Shown piece by piece: positions 29,703 through 38,906 of a DNA stretch of 64,000 nucleotides. Within the stretch, counting starts at the first letter, position 1, and every line of letters begins with the position of its first letter. The notes under the pieces were generated by a model. It was not told where the DNA came from and did not search any database. It was given only the letters and a program-made list of their open reading frames with translations. The translations under genes and the position numbers were made by a program. Location: the NCBI GenBank assembly GCA_039932315.1, contig JBDTQG010000006.1, positions 10,160-74,159 of the forward strand. The letters run 5' to 3'. The DNA is from Thermoanaerobaculia bacterium (GTDB taxonomy: Bacteria > Acidobacteriota > Thermoanaerobaculia > Multivoradales > JAGPDF01).

Positions 29703-29978
29703 TCAGCCGGCGCGTTTCAAGGGTCGCGAGTGGCTTCGCGCACCCGCGAGCAGGCCGGCGACGCTCAGGTCCTCGTCAATGGAGGGCCAGTGGATCCCCT
29801 CACCGTCCCCCAGGAGCTCCCAGTTCTGACGTTCCGCCGCGTCTGCAGCGAGGAGGCGCGGAAACCAGACCAGCGGCGCCGAAATGCGTCGGCCATCCGC
29901 CAACTCCACGGCGAGCTCGTCGTCAGTGATTTCGACCCGCCGCGCCAAGGGCCGCAACTCAAGCACTGAAGAAATCAT
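29703..29978 (-). CDS. DUF2442-domain protein (copy B)
   Basis: Start set at MISSVLELRPLARRVEITDDELAVELADGRRISAPLVWFPRLLAADAAERQNWELLGDGEGIHW by alignment with copy A. Confidence 0.6.
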   Translation of the reverse strand: MISSVLELRPLARRVEITDDELAVELADGRRISAPLVWFPRLLAADAAERQNWELLGDGEGIHWPSIDEDLSVAGLLAGARSHSRPLKRAG

Positions 29979-30186
29979 TCCAAGCCTCCTTGAATCTCGC
30001 CCCATTCTCTTCGACCAGTCGCTGGATCTCGAACAGTTCGTGTGGGCGAAAGCCTGTGGATCCTGCCAGCCCGACCGGTTCGAGCCAAAACTTGGCCAGC
30101 ATTCGCTCTCGGCGCACATGAATATGGAGCGGCTCGAAACCCTCGTTCCCATAGAAAAAGAACCGATAGGGCCCTATCCGCGTCAC
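29959..30186 (-). CDS. DUF4160-domain protein (partner of DUF2442; putative TA-like pair)
   Basis: MTRIGPYRFFFYGNEGFEPLHIHVRRERMLAKFWLEPV. Overlaps the downstream DUF2442 gene start. Confidence 0.6.
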   Translation of the reverse strand: MTRIGPYRFFFYGNEGFEPLHIHVRRERMLAKFWLEPVGLAGSTGFRPHELFEIQRLVEENGARFKEAWNDFFSA

Positions 30187-30262
30187 CGTAGGAGACTCAG
30201 CTTCAGAATAGCAGGGAGAAGCCGGGCGTAAACCACGCTCCTGTCGGGTCTAGAATGCCCCC

Positions 30263-31312
30263 ATGCCCTCACCGCCCTCCGACCGTGTTCTCTCGGGTGA
30301 GCTCGAGATGGCGGAGGCTTCGGTCGAGCACTCGCTCCGACCGAAGCAGCTGACGGAGTACGTCGGGCAGGACCGGATCGTCGAGAATCTGAAGGTCTTC
30401 ATCCGCGCCGCGCGGGAGCGCGGGGAGCCGCTCGATCACGTGCTGCTCTTCGGCCCGCCGGGGCTGGGGAAGACGACTCTCGCGCACATCCTGGCGAAGG
30501 AGATGGACGCGCCGCTCCGCACGACCGCCGGGCCGGTGCTCGAGCGCGCGGGCGACCTCGCGGCGATCCTCACCAATCTGCAGGAGGGCGACGTTCTCTT
30601 CGTCGACGAGATCCATCGTCTCGGGCCGTCCGTCGAGGAGATCCTCTATCCCGCGCTCGAAGACTTCAAGCTCGACCTCGTCGTCGGGCAGGGGCCGGCG
30701 GCGCGCATCGTCAAGATCGATCTGCCGCGTTTCACGCTCGTCGGCGCGACGACGCGCGCCGGGCTCATCTCGTCGCCGCTCCGTGCGCGATTTGGCATCG
30801 TCCATCGGCTCGACTTCTATCCCCCGGCGCAGCTCGCGCGGATCGTGAAGCGTTCGGCCGAGCTTCTCGGCGTGGCGTCGGATGCGGCAGGTCTCGATGA
30901 GCTCGCGCGCCGGAGCCGCGGCACCCCGCGCATCGCGAACCGGCTGCTTCGCCGGGTGCGCGACTTCGCGCAGGTCGACGCCCATCTGCCGGGGATCGAT
31001 CTCGCGATGGCGAAAAAGGCGCTGGCGCTCCTCGAGGTCGACGACTTCGGCTTCGACGAGCTCGACCGGCGATTCCTCTCCGTGCTGATCGAAGTCTACG
31101 GCGGCGGCCCGGCCGGAATCCAGGCGATCGCCGCCGCGATCGGCGAAGACCGCGGCACGCTCGAGGATCTCTACGAGCCGTACCTCCTGCAGGAGGGCTT
31201 CCTGCAGCGCACGCCGCGCGGACGGGTCGCCACCCGGCGCGCCTACGACCATCTCGGCTACCCCCCACCCGCCTCGACGCCGGGCAGCGGCACGCTGTTC
31301 GATCCCTCCTAG
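30263..31312 (+). CDS. ruvB: Holliday junction branch-migration ATPase RuvB
   Basis: [23 protein letters not shown]...[18 protein letters not shown] (Walker A)...LFVDEIHRL (Walker B)...[16 protein letters not shown], then a winged-helix C-terminus. Confidence 0.95.
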   Translation: MPSPPSDRVLSGELEMAEASVEHSLRPKQLTEYVGQDRIVENLKVFIRAARERGEPLDHVLLFGPPGLGKTTLAHILAKEMDAPLRTTAGPVLERAGDLAAILTNLQEGDVLFVDEIHRLGPSVEEILYPALEDFKLDLVVGQGPAARIVKIDLPRFTLVGATTRAGLISSPLRARFGIVHRLDFYPPAQLARIVKRSAELLGVASDAAGLDELARRSRGTPRIANRLLRRVRDFAQVDAHLPGIDLAMAKKALALLEVDDFGFDELDRRFLSVLIEVYGGGPAGIQAIAAAIGEDRGTLEDLYEPYLLQEGFLQRTPRGRVATRRAYDHLGYPPPASTPGSGTLFDPS

Positions 31313-31319
31313 CGGTCCA

Positions 31320-33677
31320 TCACGGGCAGGTGTCGAACCCTTCCGTGTCGAGGATGGGCGCGAACGGCTGGTTCAAGGGGCGATGGTAGGTCTTCGAGAT
31401 GTTCCGTAGCGTGTCGGTGACGCGCAGGTTGACCTCGACGTCGGTCGTGCCGCCGGCGAAGAGCCAGTAGTTGTCGAATCCGGATAGTCCGCAGGCGTCG
31501 ATCACCTTCACGACGAGCTCGATGTTCGCGGCCTCGAAGAACCAGAACGTGCCGGTGTCGCCGGTCAGGGGCGCCGCGATGGCGGCGCCGGCGGCGCCCG
31601 CTGCGGTGCGCCAATCGGCTTCGACGCGGAAGCGGCCGCCGCCGAGACAGAGGGTGTGCGCCCCGGGAACGCAGCTCCCCCCGCCGAGGAACGGCAGCGC
31701 AGGACCTTCCGGAGCGCTCTGCGTCGTGATCGGGGGCGAGAGTTCGGTGCCAGCCTCCTCCGCACCCTCCGTGCAATCCAGAAACTCACCATCGAGAATG
31801 GGTGCGAAGCTCTCGGCCTGCGGATTCTGGTAGGTCTTGCCGCGGCCGGTCGCGGTGTCGAAGACGAAGAGCTCGACTTCGAGATTGGTCAGGCCTGCGC
31901 TGTACGACCAGATGCGCTGGTTGAAGCCGCAGCCGTCGACGATCTTCGTCAAGACCTCGACGTTCGCGGGATCGAAAAACCAGAAGTAACCGCTGTCGCC
32001 GGTAAGCGCCACGCCGTGCGCGCGGCCCGCGGCCCCGGCCGGCGTCGCCCAGTCGCCCTCGACGCGGTAGCGGCCGCCGCCGAGACAGAGGCCGTAGTCG
32101 TCGGCGACGCACGGCTCGGGATCCCAGCGGCTGTTCACCCGCTGCCAGAACTGATTCATCGTCAGGCCCGCGATCGTGCCCAGACCGAGCCGGGCGCGCT
32201 CGCGGGCGAGCGTCCGGCGGAGCGCCGGCGAGCCCTCGGCTTCGAAGGCGTCGAGAATGCGGTTCAAGTCACCGGCCATGTCGGTGGTCACCCTCGCGCC
32301 ACCGCCCGCCAGCAGGGAACCGAGACCGTCGACCCAGGCGTCCTCCGAGAGGATGAGGTCGGCGAGCAGAGTGGGGCGGGAGACGAACGTGCGGAGGATG
32401 GCCGGCGAGAGCGTGTCGTAGAGCGCCGCGTAATACCGCCCGGCCGGTGTACTCGCCATCACCTCGTCGCGCACCGCCCGCAGCGTCGCGATCGCGTCGA
32501 CCGGCCCGCCCCAGGCATGCAAGCCCGGAGCGCCGTCCGGTGCGACGCCTCCGGAGGCGGACGACGCGTTGGGCAACAACCCGGCCAAACTTCCGGTCTC
32601 TGCCGGCGAGTAGCCCAGGAGCTCCAGATCCCGGCGCCACGCGGAGAGCGTCGTGAAGGAGCAGTCGTCGGTATAGGCCATGTACAGGAGCTTGAAAGGG
32701 TCGGCGAGCTGCGCCCCGACAGCCCCCGTGAGCTCGATGAGGGTCACGTAATCCCCGTGGAAGAAAGAGAGGCCCACCAGCCCGTTGACGGAGCCGGCCG
32801 CGACCGCCGCCGGGAAAGCGTACGGCGAGCCGTTGAGGCTGAAGGTGAAGGGAATGGCGACATTCGACGGCCGCGAGAGTCGCACCGTGAGCGGAGCAAC
32901 GCCGGAGTGGTCCATCGGCTGGGGGTGCATGGCGATCGGCCCCTGTACGGTCAGCAAGCGGCCGCTCTCGCCGAGAAGACGAATCCAGATCGGATCGGCG
33001 CCAGAGGCCCCGCGCGACTCGACCCGAAAGTCGTCGAAGTCGATCTCGAAGACATGCTCGAAGACCCCTCCCTGACTCGACTGGAAGCCGGAATCGACCC
33101 AGAGTCCGATAAGCAGAGGCGCGGCGGTGGCAGAAAAATCGGGCTGCACGGGGGCGTCCGTGGCGGTGAACTCACCAGCTACGAGGTCTCCGAGCGTCGC
33201 CTCCTGCCAGACCTGGGTGGGTTGATTTCCCTGCCAGCTGAAGATCTTTCGACTCGAAACGAATTTCCTGCCGCTCTGCACCAGCAGAACCTGGACCCCG
33301 ATGGCGCGGTTCGAGTAGAAGGATGGGCTCTCGCCTTCGAAGTGGGCGCGGAAGCGGCCCGAAACCGTGAAGGAGGTGAGGGCTCCGTCGCGAGACGGAT
33401 CGTAGATAGCGGCCGGCGAGGCCACACCCGCGACCTTGTGCGAGAGCAGCGGAGCCGTGTGGCGATGACGCACCGTCAGGTAGGAATTGTCGTAGGAAAA
33501 ATGGACGATCTCGATCAGGGGATCGGGTTGGGGAACGACGAAGTTCCACGCGCTGAGCTCGTGATCCTCGAACACGAGCTCGAGACTTTGTGCTTCGATC
33601 GCGCTCGGCCGCCCGAGGCGGACAGCAAGGAGCACGAGGAGCGCGAAGATGCGGAGCCGGATCTTGTGGGCGAGCAT
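31320..33677 (-). CDS. Large secreted protein of unknown function with two C-terminal ~105-aa tandem repeat domains
   Basis: Start at MLAHKIRLRIFALLVLLAVRLG (signal peptide). The two C-terminal repeats are CLGGGRYRVEGDWATPAGAAGRAHGVALTGDSGYFWFFDPANVEV...FAPILD and CLGGGRFRVEADWRTAAGAAGAAIAAPLTGDTGTFWFFEAANIEL...FAPILDTEGFDTCP*. Confidence 0.5.
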   Translation of the reverse strand: MLAHKIRLRIFALLVLLAVRLGRPSAIEAQSLELVFEDHELSAWNFVVPQPDPLIEIVHFSYDNSYLTVRHRHTAPLLSHKVAGVASPAAIYDPSRDGALTSFTVSGRFRAHFEGESPSFYSNRAIGVQVLLVQSGRKFVSSRKIFSWQGNQPTQVWQEATLGDLVAGEFTATDAPVQPDFSATAAPLLIGLWVDSGFQSSQGGVFEHVFEIDFDDFRVESRGASGADPIWIRLLGESGRLLTVQGPIAMHPQPMDHSGVAPLTVRLSRPSNVAIPFTFSLNGSPYAFPAAVAAGSVNGLVGLSFFHGDYVTLIELTGAVGAQLADPFKLLYMAYTDDCSFTTLSAWRRDLELLGYSPAETGSLAGLLPNASSASGGVAPDGAPGLHAWGGPVDAIATLRAVRDEVMASTPAGRYYAALYDTLSPAILRTFVSRPTLLADLILSEDAWVDGLGSLLAGGGARVTTDMAGDLNRILDAFEAEGSPALRRTLARERARLGLGTIAGLTMNQFWQRVNSRWDPEPCVADDYGLCLGGGRYRVEGDWATPAGAAGRAHGVALTGDSGYFWFFDPANVEVLTKIVDGCGFNQRIWSYSAGLTNLEVELFVFDTATGRGKTYQNPQAESFAPILDGEFLDCTEGAEEAGTELSPPITTQSAPEGPALPFLGGGSCVPGAHTLCLGGGRFRVEADWRTAAGAAGAAIAAPLTGDTGTFWFFEAANIELVVKVIDACGLSGFDNYWLFAGGTTDVEVNLRVTDTLRNISKTYHRPLNQPFAPILDTEGFDTCP

Positions 33678-33851
33678 GACGTCCTCCACCCGGAGTCGAA
33701 CGGGACTCCGGAAGGTCCGACTCTGGACCCAGTACGACGCGCTGTCCTGAGGTCCGGCTGAGGTCGAGCTCAGGGCGAGCTGAGGCTCCGACGTTCGGCG
33801 CGCCATAGAATGGCCGCGCGCTCCGCTCCTCCCCTTTCCGCCCTCTCTCCA

Positions 33852-35408
33852 ATGGCCACAACCCCTTCCGAGATTCCGAGCCCCCTGCGCATCGGTGAGT
33901 TCGTCGTCGATCCGGGTCTCAATTCCCTGACCGGGCCCGGGGGCGTCAGCGTGCTCGAGACCAAGATCATGGAGGTCCTCCTCTGTCTTGCCCGCCGGCA
34001 GGGAGAAACAGTCTCGCAGGAGGAGCTCCTCGCCGCGGTCTGGGAGGGAAAATTCGTCGTCGAAGCGGTGGTGACGAGGGCCATTTCGGAGCTTCGCAAA
34101 GCGTTCGGCGACGACTCGAAGGCGCCGCGCTACATCCAGACCGTCGCTCGCCGCGGCTATCGGTTGATCGCGGAAGTGGCGTCGGTCGAAGCTCCCGGTC
34201 GACTTCAGTCGGCCATTCCGCCGAAGGTCCCGCTGGCCGCTCCGGCAGTCGTTCAGGCAACAGCTGGGCCTGGCGGCCAGCTAGCCGGAATGCGAAGTGC
34301 CCGCGGCCGTTGGACCTTGCTCGCGGGCCTCCTCGTCGTCGCGGGGGCGGCGGCCGTGGCGGGCCTGTTCTGGACGGCGCGATCGCCCGTGCCTCCGGGG
34401 GTCGATACTCCGCCCGAAGCATTCCGGCTCTATGCCCAGGCACAGAAGGCCCTCGCCGGAGGGAGCTGTGTGGCGCATCAGGCGATCGTCGATCTCGAAC
34501 GCGCGCTGGCGCTGGCGCCCACTTTCGCTCCTGCCTGGGAGCAGTACGGCTGGGCGAAGTACAACCTGGTCTCGTCGTGCGGTGAATCGGGAGCGGCCTA
34601 CGGCGATGCTCTGCGCGCCGCCGAACGCGCCCTCGAACTTGCGCCGGCGAGCACCCAGGCGCTGGCGCTGAAGATCGCCGTCCTCGCTGAAACCGGCCGC
34701 GCCGAAGAGGCGTGGGAGCTCGGGGCACCGCGCGTCGGCGAATCGCCGCAGATCGCCTTTCTGGCTGCCTACGCGGCGACCTACGGTGGAGCTTTGGAAC
34801 GCGCGCGCGGGCTGATCGAAGAGGTCGCCCGGCGCGACGCCGGCTTCTTCGCCCGCGAGGGCTGGACGCCGAACGCCCTGCTCTACCTCGCGACGCCGGA
34901 CGACGTGGCGCGCTTCCTGACACTCCTGCCCGAGGGCGCGACGCCTCTGGTGCGGTTCTATCGCGGCTATGCGCTCTGGCGCAGCGGCCGGCCCGCAGAG
35001 GCCGCGCAGGAGCTCGGGCCGGCATTTCTCGAACGCCCGACCGATCCGTTCGCGCGTCTCGCCGAGGCGCTGGTCGCCGAGATCGAAGGGCGGAACGACG
35101 ACGCCCGGCTCCTGCTCGGCCAACTCGCGCTGCAACGCACCCGGCTCGCCGCGAGCGACGGTGAGCTCACGTTCCGCGTCGCAGAGCTCCTCGCGGGCGC
35201 GGGCGATTCCGAACGTTCCCTCGTCGAAGCCGAGCGGGCGCTTGGGCAAGGCTTCTTCTGCTCACGCTGCTTCGCGACGGCGCCGGCCTTCGCCGGGGTC
35301 TCCCACGAGCCTCGCTTCGCCGCGATTGTCGGTCGCGCGAAGAGGCGCGAGGCGGCGTTTGCAGCGACGATCGCCGGCCGGCCGCCGGCCGACGCGGCGC
35401 CGAGATGA
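33852..35408 (+). CDS. Membrane-anchored CadC/ToxR-like transcriptional regulator (winged-helix OmpR/PhoB-type DNA-binding domain, TM helix, periplasmic TPR-like domain)
   Basis: VSQEELLAAVWEGKFVVEAVVTRAISELRKAF...IQTVARRGYRL is a trans_reg_C domain. A TM helix (WTLLAGLLVVAGAAAVAGLFW) follows, then a helical repeat region. Start ambiguous between 33810 and 33852. Confidence 0.65.
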   Translation: MATTPSEIPSPLRIGEFVVDPGLNSLTGPGGVSVLETKIMEVLLCLARRQGETVSQEELLAAVWEGKFVVEAVVTRAISELRKAFGDDSKAPRYIQTVARRGYRLIAEVASVEAPGRLQSAIPPKVPLAAPAVVQATAGPGGQLAGMRSARGRWTLLAGLLVVAGAAAVAGLFWTARSPVPPGVDTPPEAFRLYAQAQKALAGGSCVAHQAIVDLERALALAPTFAPAWEQYGWAKYNLVSSCGESGAAYGDALRAAERALELAPASTQALALKIAVLAETGRAEEAWELGAPRVGESPQIAFLAAYAATYGGALERARGLIEEVARRDAGFFAREGWTPNALLYLATPDDVARFLTLLPEGATPLVRFYRGYALWRSGRPAEAAQELGPAFLERPTDPFARLAEALVAEIEGRNDDARLLLGQLALQRTRLAASDGELTFRVAELLAGAGDSERSLVEAERALGQGFFCSRCFATAPAFAGVSHEPRFAAIVGRAKRREAAFAATIAGRPPADAAPR

Positions 35409-36301
35409 GCGTTCCTGCGCCCCGTCGTCGACGCGCGCTTCTCATCTGGAATCCGCGCGCCGGGCAGCGCGTCGCGCGGCGCTCGATGCCGGAGATTCGT
35501 CGGGTACTATCGTCCGAATTCGATCTCACGGTGGAGGCGACGAGCGGACCGGAGCATTGCCGGGAGATCGCCCGCCGCGCCGTGGCGGAGCGTTTCGAGC
35601 TCTTCATCGTCGTCGGCGGGGACGGTACGCTGCGCGTCGCCGCGAGCGTGCTCGCGGGAACGGACGTCGTGCTCGGGGCGATTCCCGGCGGAACGACGAA
35701 CGTGGTCGCCGGCGCTCTCGGACTGCCGGTGCATCCCGTCGCTGCAGCCCGCGCGCTCGTCGTCGCGGAGACGCGAGAGATCGATCTCGGCGAATCGAAC
35801 GGCGAGCCGTTCCTCATGCAGCTTTCCGGCGGTCTCGACGCGCAGGTGATGGCGCACGTGAACCTGCGCACCAAGCGCCTTCTCGGCAAGGGCGCCGTGG
35901 CCCTCGCCGGACTCTCCGAGTGGTTCCGGTATCGCTTCCCGCAGTTCACTCTCGAGATCGACGGTGTCGAGGCGATGGCGACCGGATTCGTCGTCGCGAA
36001 TCTGCCGCAGTACGCCGGCCAGTTCGAGATCGTGCCGCAGGCGCGGCCCGACGACCGCCGTCTCGAGCTCCTGCTCTTCCACGGCCGGCGCCGGCGCGAT
36101 GCGGTGGGTTTCGCTCTCGCTCTTGCCCGCGGCCGGCATCTCGAGCGCAGCGACGTGGAGCTTCGCTCCTTCACCACCCTGCGGCTGACGTCGCCCGCAG
36201 CGCTCCAGCTGCAGGCCGACGGCGATGCCTTCGTCGCCGCGGCTCCGCTCGTCGTCGGCCTCGCCGCAAAGCGCCTCAAAGTCCTCGCCGCGCGGAGCTA
36301 G
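35405..36301 (+). CDS. Diacylglycerol-kinase catalytic-domain lipid kinase (YegS/DgkA-like)
   Basis: ELFIVVGGDGTLRVAA...GAIPGGTTN (DAGK_cat GGDGT motif). Its ATG overlaps the upstream regulator stop (ATGA). Confidence 0.75.
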   Translation: MSVPAPRRRRALLIWNPRAGQRVARRSMPEIRRVLSSEFDLTVEATSGPEHCREIARRAVAERFELFIVVGGDGTLRVAASVLAGTDVVLGAIPGGTTNVVAGALGLPVHPVAAARALVVAETREIDLGESNGEPFLMQLSGGLDAQVMAHVNLRTKRLLGKGAVALAGLSEWFRYRFPQFTLEIDGVEAMATGFVVANLPQYAGQFEIVPQARPDDRRLELLLFHGRRRRDAVGFALALARGRHLERSDVELRSFTTLRLTSPAALQLQADGDAFVAAAPLVVGLAAKRLKVLAARS

Positions 36302-36375
36302 AAGGAGCGATCTGATCTTCGCCCCGGCTTCGAGTGGGTTCGACGAACTACTGGTGAACCGCCCCGGACAGCGGG

Positions 36376-37128
36376 TCAGCTTCCGGGGTGACGTCGCGCG
36401 ACGATGCGCCGCATCGCGAGTCCCGCGAGCGCCAGGGCGAGCGCCACAGCTCCCAGGGGTCCTATCGCGGGAATCTCCACGATGGAGGGCAACGCCGGGG
36501 ACCGGAGGCAGAAAAGCTTGTCGCGGGTCTGTGGAACGGCGCCGAGGTAGGAGAGGTTGTCGTACAACGCGTCGTCGGTCTCGCCCGTCCACCAGAAGCG
36601 ACAGCCGGGCGTTCCTGTCTGACGCACGATGCTGATCCAGCTCGCCCCGGTCACATCGAGGGGAGCGAAGCTGAGATCGAAGCGGAAGAGGGATGGAGCT
36701 GGGGCGGCCGTGACCGTCGCGACCGCCGCCGGGAGCTGGGCGATGAGCGTTCCCGGCGCGCCGGCGGCATCGGCGTAGAAGTTGATCGTGAACGGCGTGG
36801 CTTCCGGCTCGTCGCACGTGGCGAGCTGCGGTTCCAGTTGCTCGCCCCAGAAACGGAGTCCGTCGATCGAACCGGAGAGCGGGGTGATCGCGAGGGCCGG
36901 ATCGATGAAGTCCTCGAACGTCGTGTCCGACTCCTCATCCGAGATCGAGGCCTGGAGAGGCTCGCCCTCCTGCCGATAGAAGTCGAACTCGTCGCAGGCG
37001 AGGATCACGCCTTCCGGGCTTCGCAAGGCGGTTCTCGCCGTTGGATCCGCGGCCAAGGCGGCGGATCCGCAAAGGCACAGCATCCAGCTGCCAATTCCCA
37101 ATGCGACGCGACCCCGAATGGCAGACAT
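36376..37128 (-). CDS. Small secreted protein with PEP-CTERM/IPTL-CTERM-like C-terminal sorting signal
   Basis: Signal peptide MSAIRGRVALGIGSWMLCLCGSAALAA. The C-terminus VEIPAIGPLGAVALALALAGLAMRRIVARRHPGS has a sorting motif, TM helix and basic cluster. Confidence 0.5.
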   Translation of the reverse strand: MSAIRGRVALGIGSWMLCLCGSAALAADPTARTALRSPEGVILACDEFDFYRQEGEPLQASISDEESDTTFEDFIDPALAITPLSGSIDGLRFWGEQLEPQLATCDEPEATPFTINFYADAAGAPGTLIAQLPAAVATVTAAPAPSLFRFDLSFAPLDVTGASWISIVRQTGTPGCRFWWTGETDDALYDNLSYLGAVPQTRDKLFCLRSPALPSIVEIPAIGPLGAVALALALAGLAMRRIVARRHPGS

Positions 37129-37513
37129 GGACTCTCCTCTTGATTGAACAAAGGCTAACACGTCCGTCCACCTGACAAATCTCATCGGCTCGCGGCGAAA
37201 CTCGAGCGTCGCTTCGCTGGCGCTCGGATCTTCGTGGAGAAATTCGCTTGAAGCTCGATGCGTTTCTGAAGCCGAGGCTCAGCCGATGTTCAACGCCAGC
37301 AGCGCCGCTTGCACCCTCTCCGCACGGACAGGCGGGCCCAGCGCGGCGCGATGCAGTGGAACTTATTCTTGCCCCTCGCTCGCGGCCGACATCTCGAAGG
37401 GCGCGGCGCCGGACTCTCCGAGCGCCGGCCTAGGGTCGTAGCCCTCCGACGCTGATTCACTCCGCTGTCCCCTCTTGCCGCCCGTCGTCGGAAGGAAGGG
37501 TGAGGGAGATTTC

Positions 37514-38872
37514 ATGCCTGTTCATCCGCTCCGATTGTCGATCCTCCTGTTCGTCCTCTGTTCGACCCTTTCGCTGCGCTCGGCCCGCGCCGGCAGCGGC
37601 GGCGATGGCACACTCGACCCCGCCTGGGGCGGCGACGGCATCTCGGGCGGTTTCACGAACACCGTTCCGCGCAGTGCTTTCGTATCCCACGACCAGCAGC
37701 TCTACTTCACGGGTCGGACGACGCTTCCCGACGAAACCGAGATGGAGTGGTGGCGCACACAGAACTCCGGCGACGACTCCTGGTACGGGTGCACTTACGG
37801 CCTTCCGTTCCTCGACCATTTCGACATTCGCGCCACGCTGGTCGACGTCTCTGGACATCTTTTGTTCGCCGGCACCGTGACGGTCTTCGGTTCCGAATCC
37901 GTCGAACGGGCGTTCGTCGCGCGCTTCACCCAGACCGAGGTCTGCTCGCTCGACTCCGCCTTCTCGGGCGATGGCTGGGAGATCTTCGACGACACGACAT
38001 TCTGCGACGACGAAGATTGCCGACTGATCGACATCGAGGCCTCGAACGACTCTTCGACCCGATACGTCGCGCTTCTCGAATCGGTACAGAACGCGCTGAT
38101 CTCGAAGTACTACCTCGTCGGACTCACTCAGAGCGGCGCTCTCGATCCGAATTTCGGCAGCGGTGGTTTCGCACCGGTCACCGCCGCGAACCTCGGTCTT
38201 CTGGGCGGGGGTAGTGGAGAGCTCGGCATCGATCGCTCCAACCGGCCCTACGTCCTGCTCTCCTTCTACGATCCGCTGGCAGATTTCGACCTCGACACTG
38301 CGCTGACCCGCTTCCAATCGGACGGCGATCTCGACACCACTTTCGGGGTCTCCGGGTCCTACTTCGTCCACAACGGAGATACGGTCGACACCGTTCCGTT
38401 GGCGCTCACGGTCGGCAGCGACGGACGGCTCGCGCTCACCTACCGCCTGCTCGACACGACCTTTTCGGGCCTCGTGGTCTTCGATGCGTCGATGAACCTG
38501 CTCCGGTCGACCACGTCGACACCGATCGAGTCCCGGGCACTCGCCTTCGACGGACTTGGCCGGCTGCTGGTGGCGAACGACCGGCTGGGGCAGGACGGGT
38601 TTCTCGTCACCCGCTATGCAAAAGACAGCTCCGGAGCGTTCGCGCTCGACGCGACTTTCGGCAGCGGCGGGAACGTCCAGGTGGACATCGACGGCGGCGG
38701 CGCCAACAACGAGGTGCCGATCGACCTGCAGCTCGTCGCCGGCCGGCCGATGGTTCTGGTCGACGCCAACCAGGACGGCGGCGGATCCCAGGCCTTCCTG
38801 GTCCGGCTCGAGACCCATCTCATCTTCGCCGACAGCTTCGACTGGGGGACGACGAGGTACTGGACGAACTAG
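37514..38872 (+). CDS. Secreted β-rich protein of unknown function ending in the tail motif
   Basis: Strong RBS plus ATG at 37514 and signal peptide MPVHPLRLSILLFVLCSTLSLRSARA. Repeated DxDxTFGxxG segments. The C-terminus is LETHLIFADSFDWGTTRYWTN*. Confidence 0.55.
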   Translation: MPVHPLRLSILLFVLCSTLSLRSARAGSGGDGTLDPAWGGDGISGGFTNTVPRSAFVSHDQQLYFTGRTTLPDETEMEWWRTQNSGDDSWYGCTYGLPFLDHFDIRATLVDVSGHLLFAGTVTVFGSESVERAFVARFTQTEVCSLDSAFSGDGWEIFDDTTFCDDEDCRLIDIEASNDSSTRYVALLESVQNALISKYYLVGLTQSGALDPNFGSGGFAPVTAANLGLLGGGSGELGIDRSNRPYVLLSFYDPLADFDLDTALTRFQSDGDLDTTFGVSGSYFVHNGDTVDTVPLALTVGSDGRLALTYRLLDTTFSGLVVFDASMNLLRSTTSTPIESRALAFDGLGRLLVANDRLGQDGFLVTRYAKDSSGAFALDATFGSGGNVQVDIDGGGANNEVPIDLQLVAGRPMVLVDANQDGGGSQAFLVRLETHLIFADSFDWGTTRYWTN

Positions 38873-38906
38873 AGCGGCGGCGAACCGTCGAACGTCCCCC
38901 TGCGCC

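Noticed and set aside
21246-30186. Integrase/transposase or flanking tRNA marking island boundaries
   Set aside because: I searched by eye for integrase-like (R-H-R-Y), DDE transposase or tRNA cloverleaf features. None was found. The island is called on composition and gene content only.
33172-33861. 229-aa minus ORF overlapping the 5' region of the secreted repeat protein
   Set aside because: Different frame of the same strand as the 31320-33677 gene's upstream region. Arg/Pro-rich junk.
35507-36817. 436-aa minus ORF antisense to the DAG-kinase-like gene
   Set aside because: Antisense artefact with Arg-rich composition.
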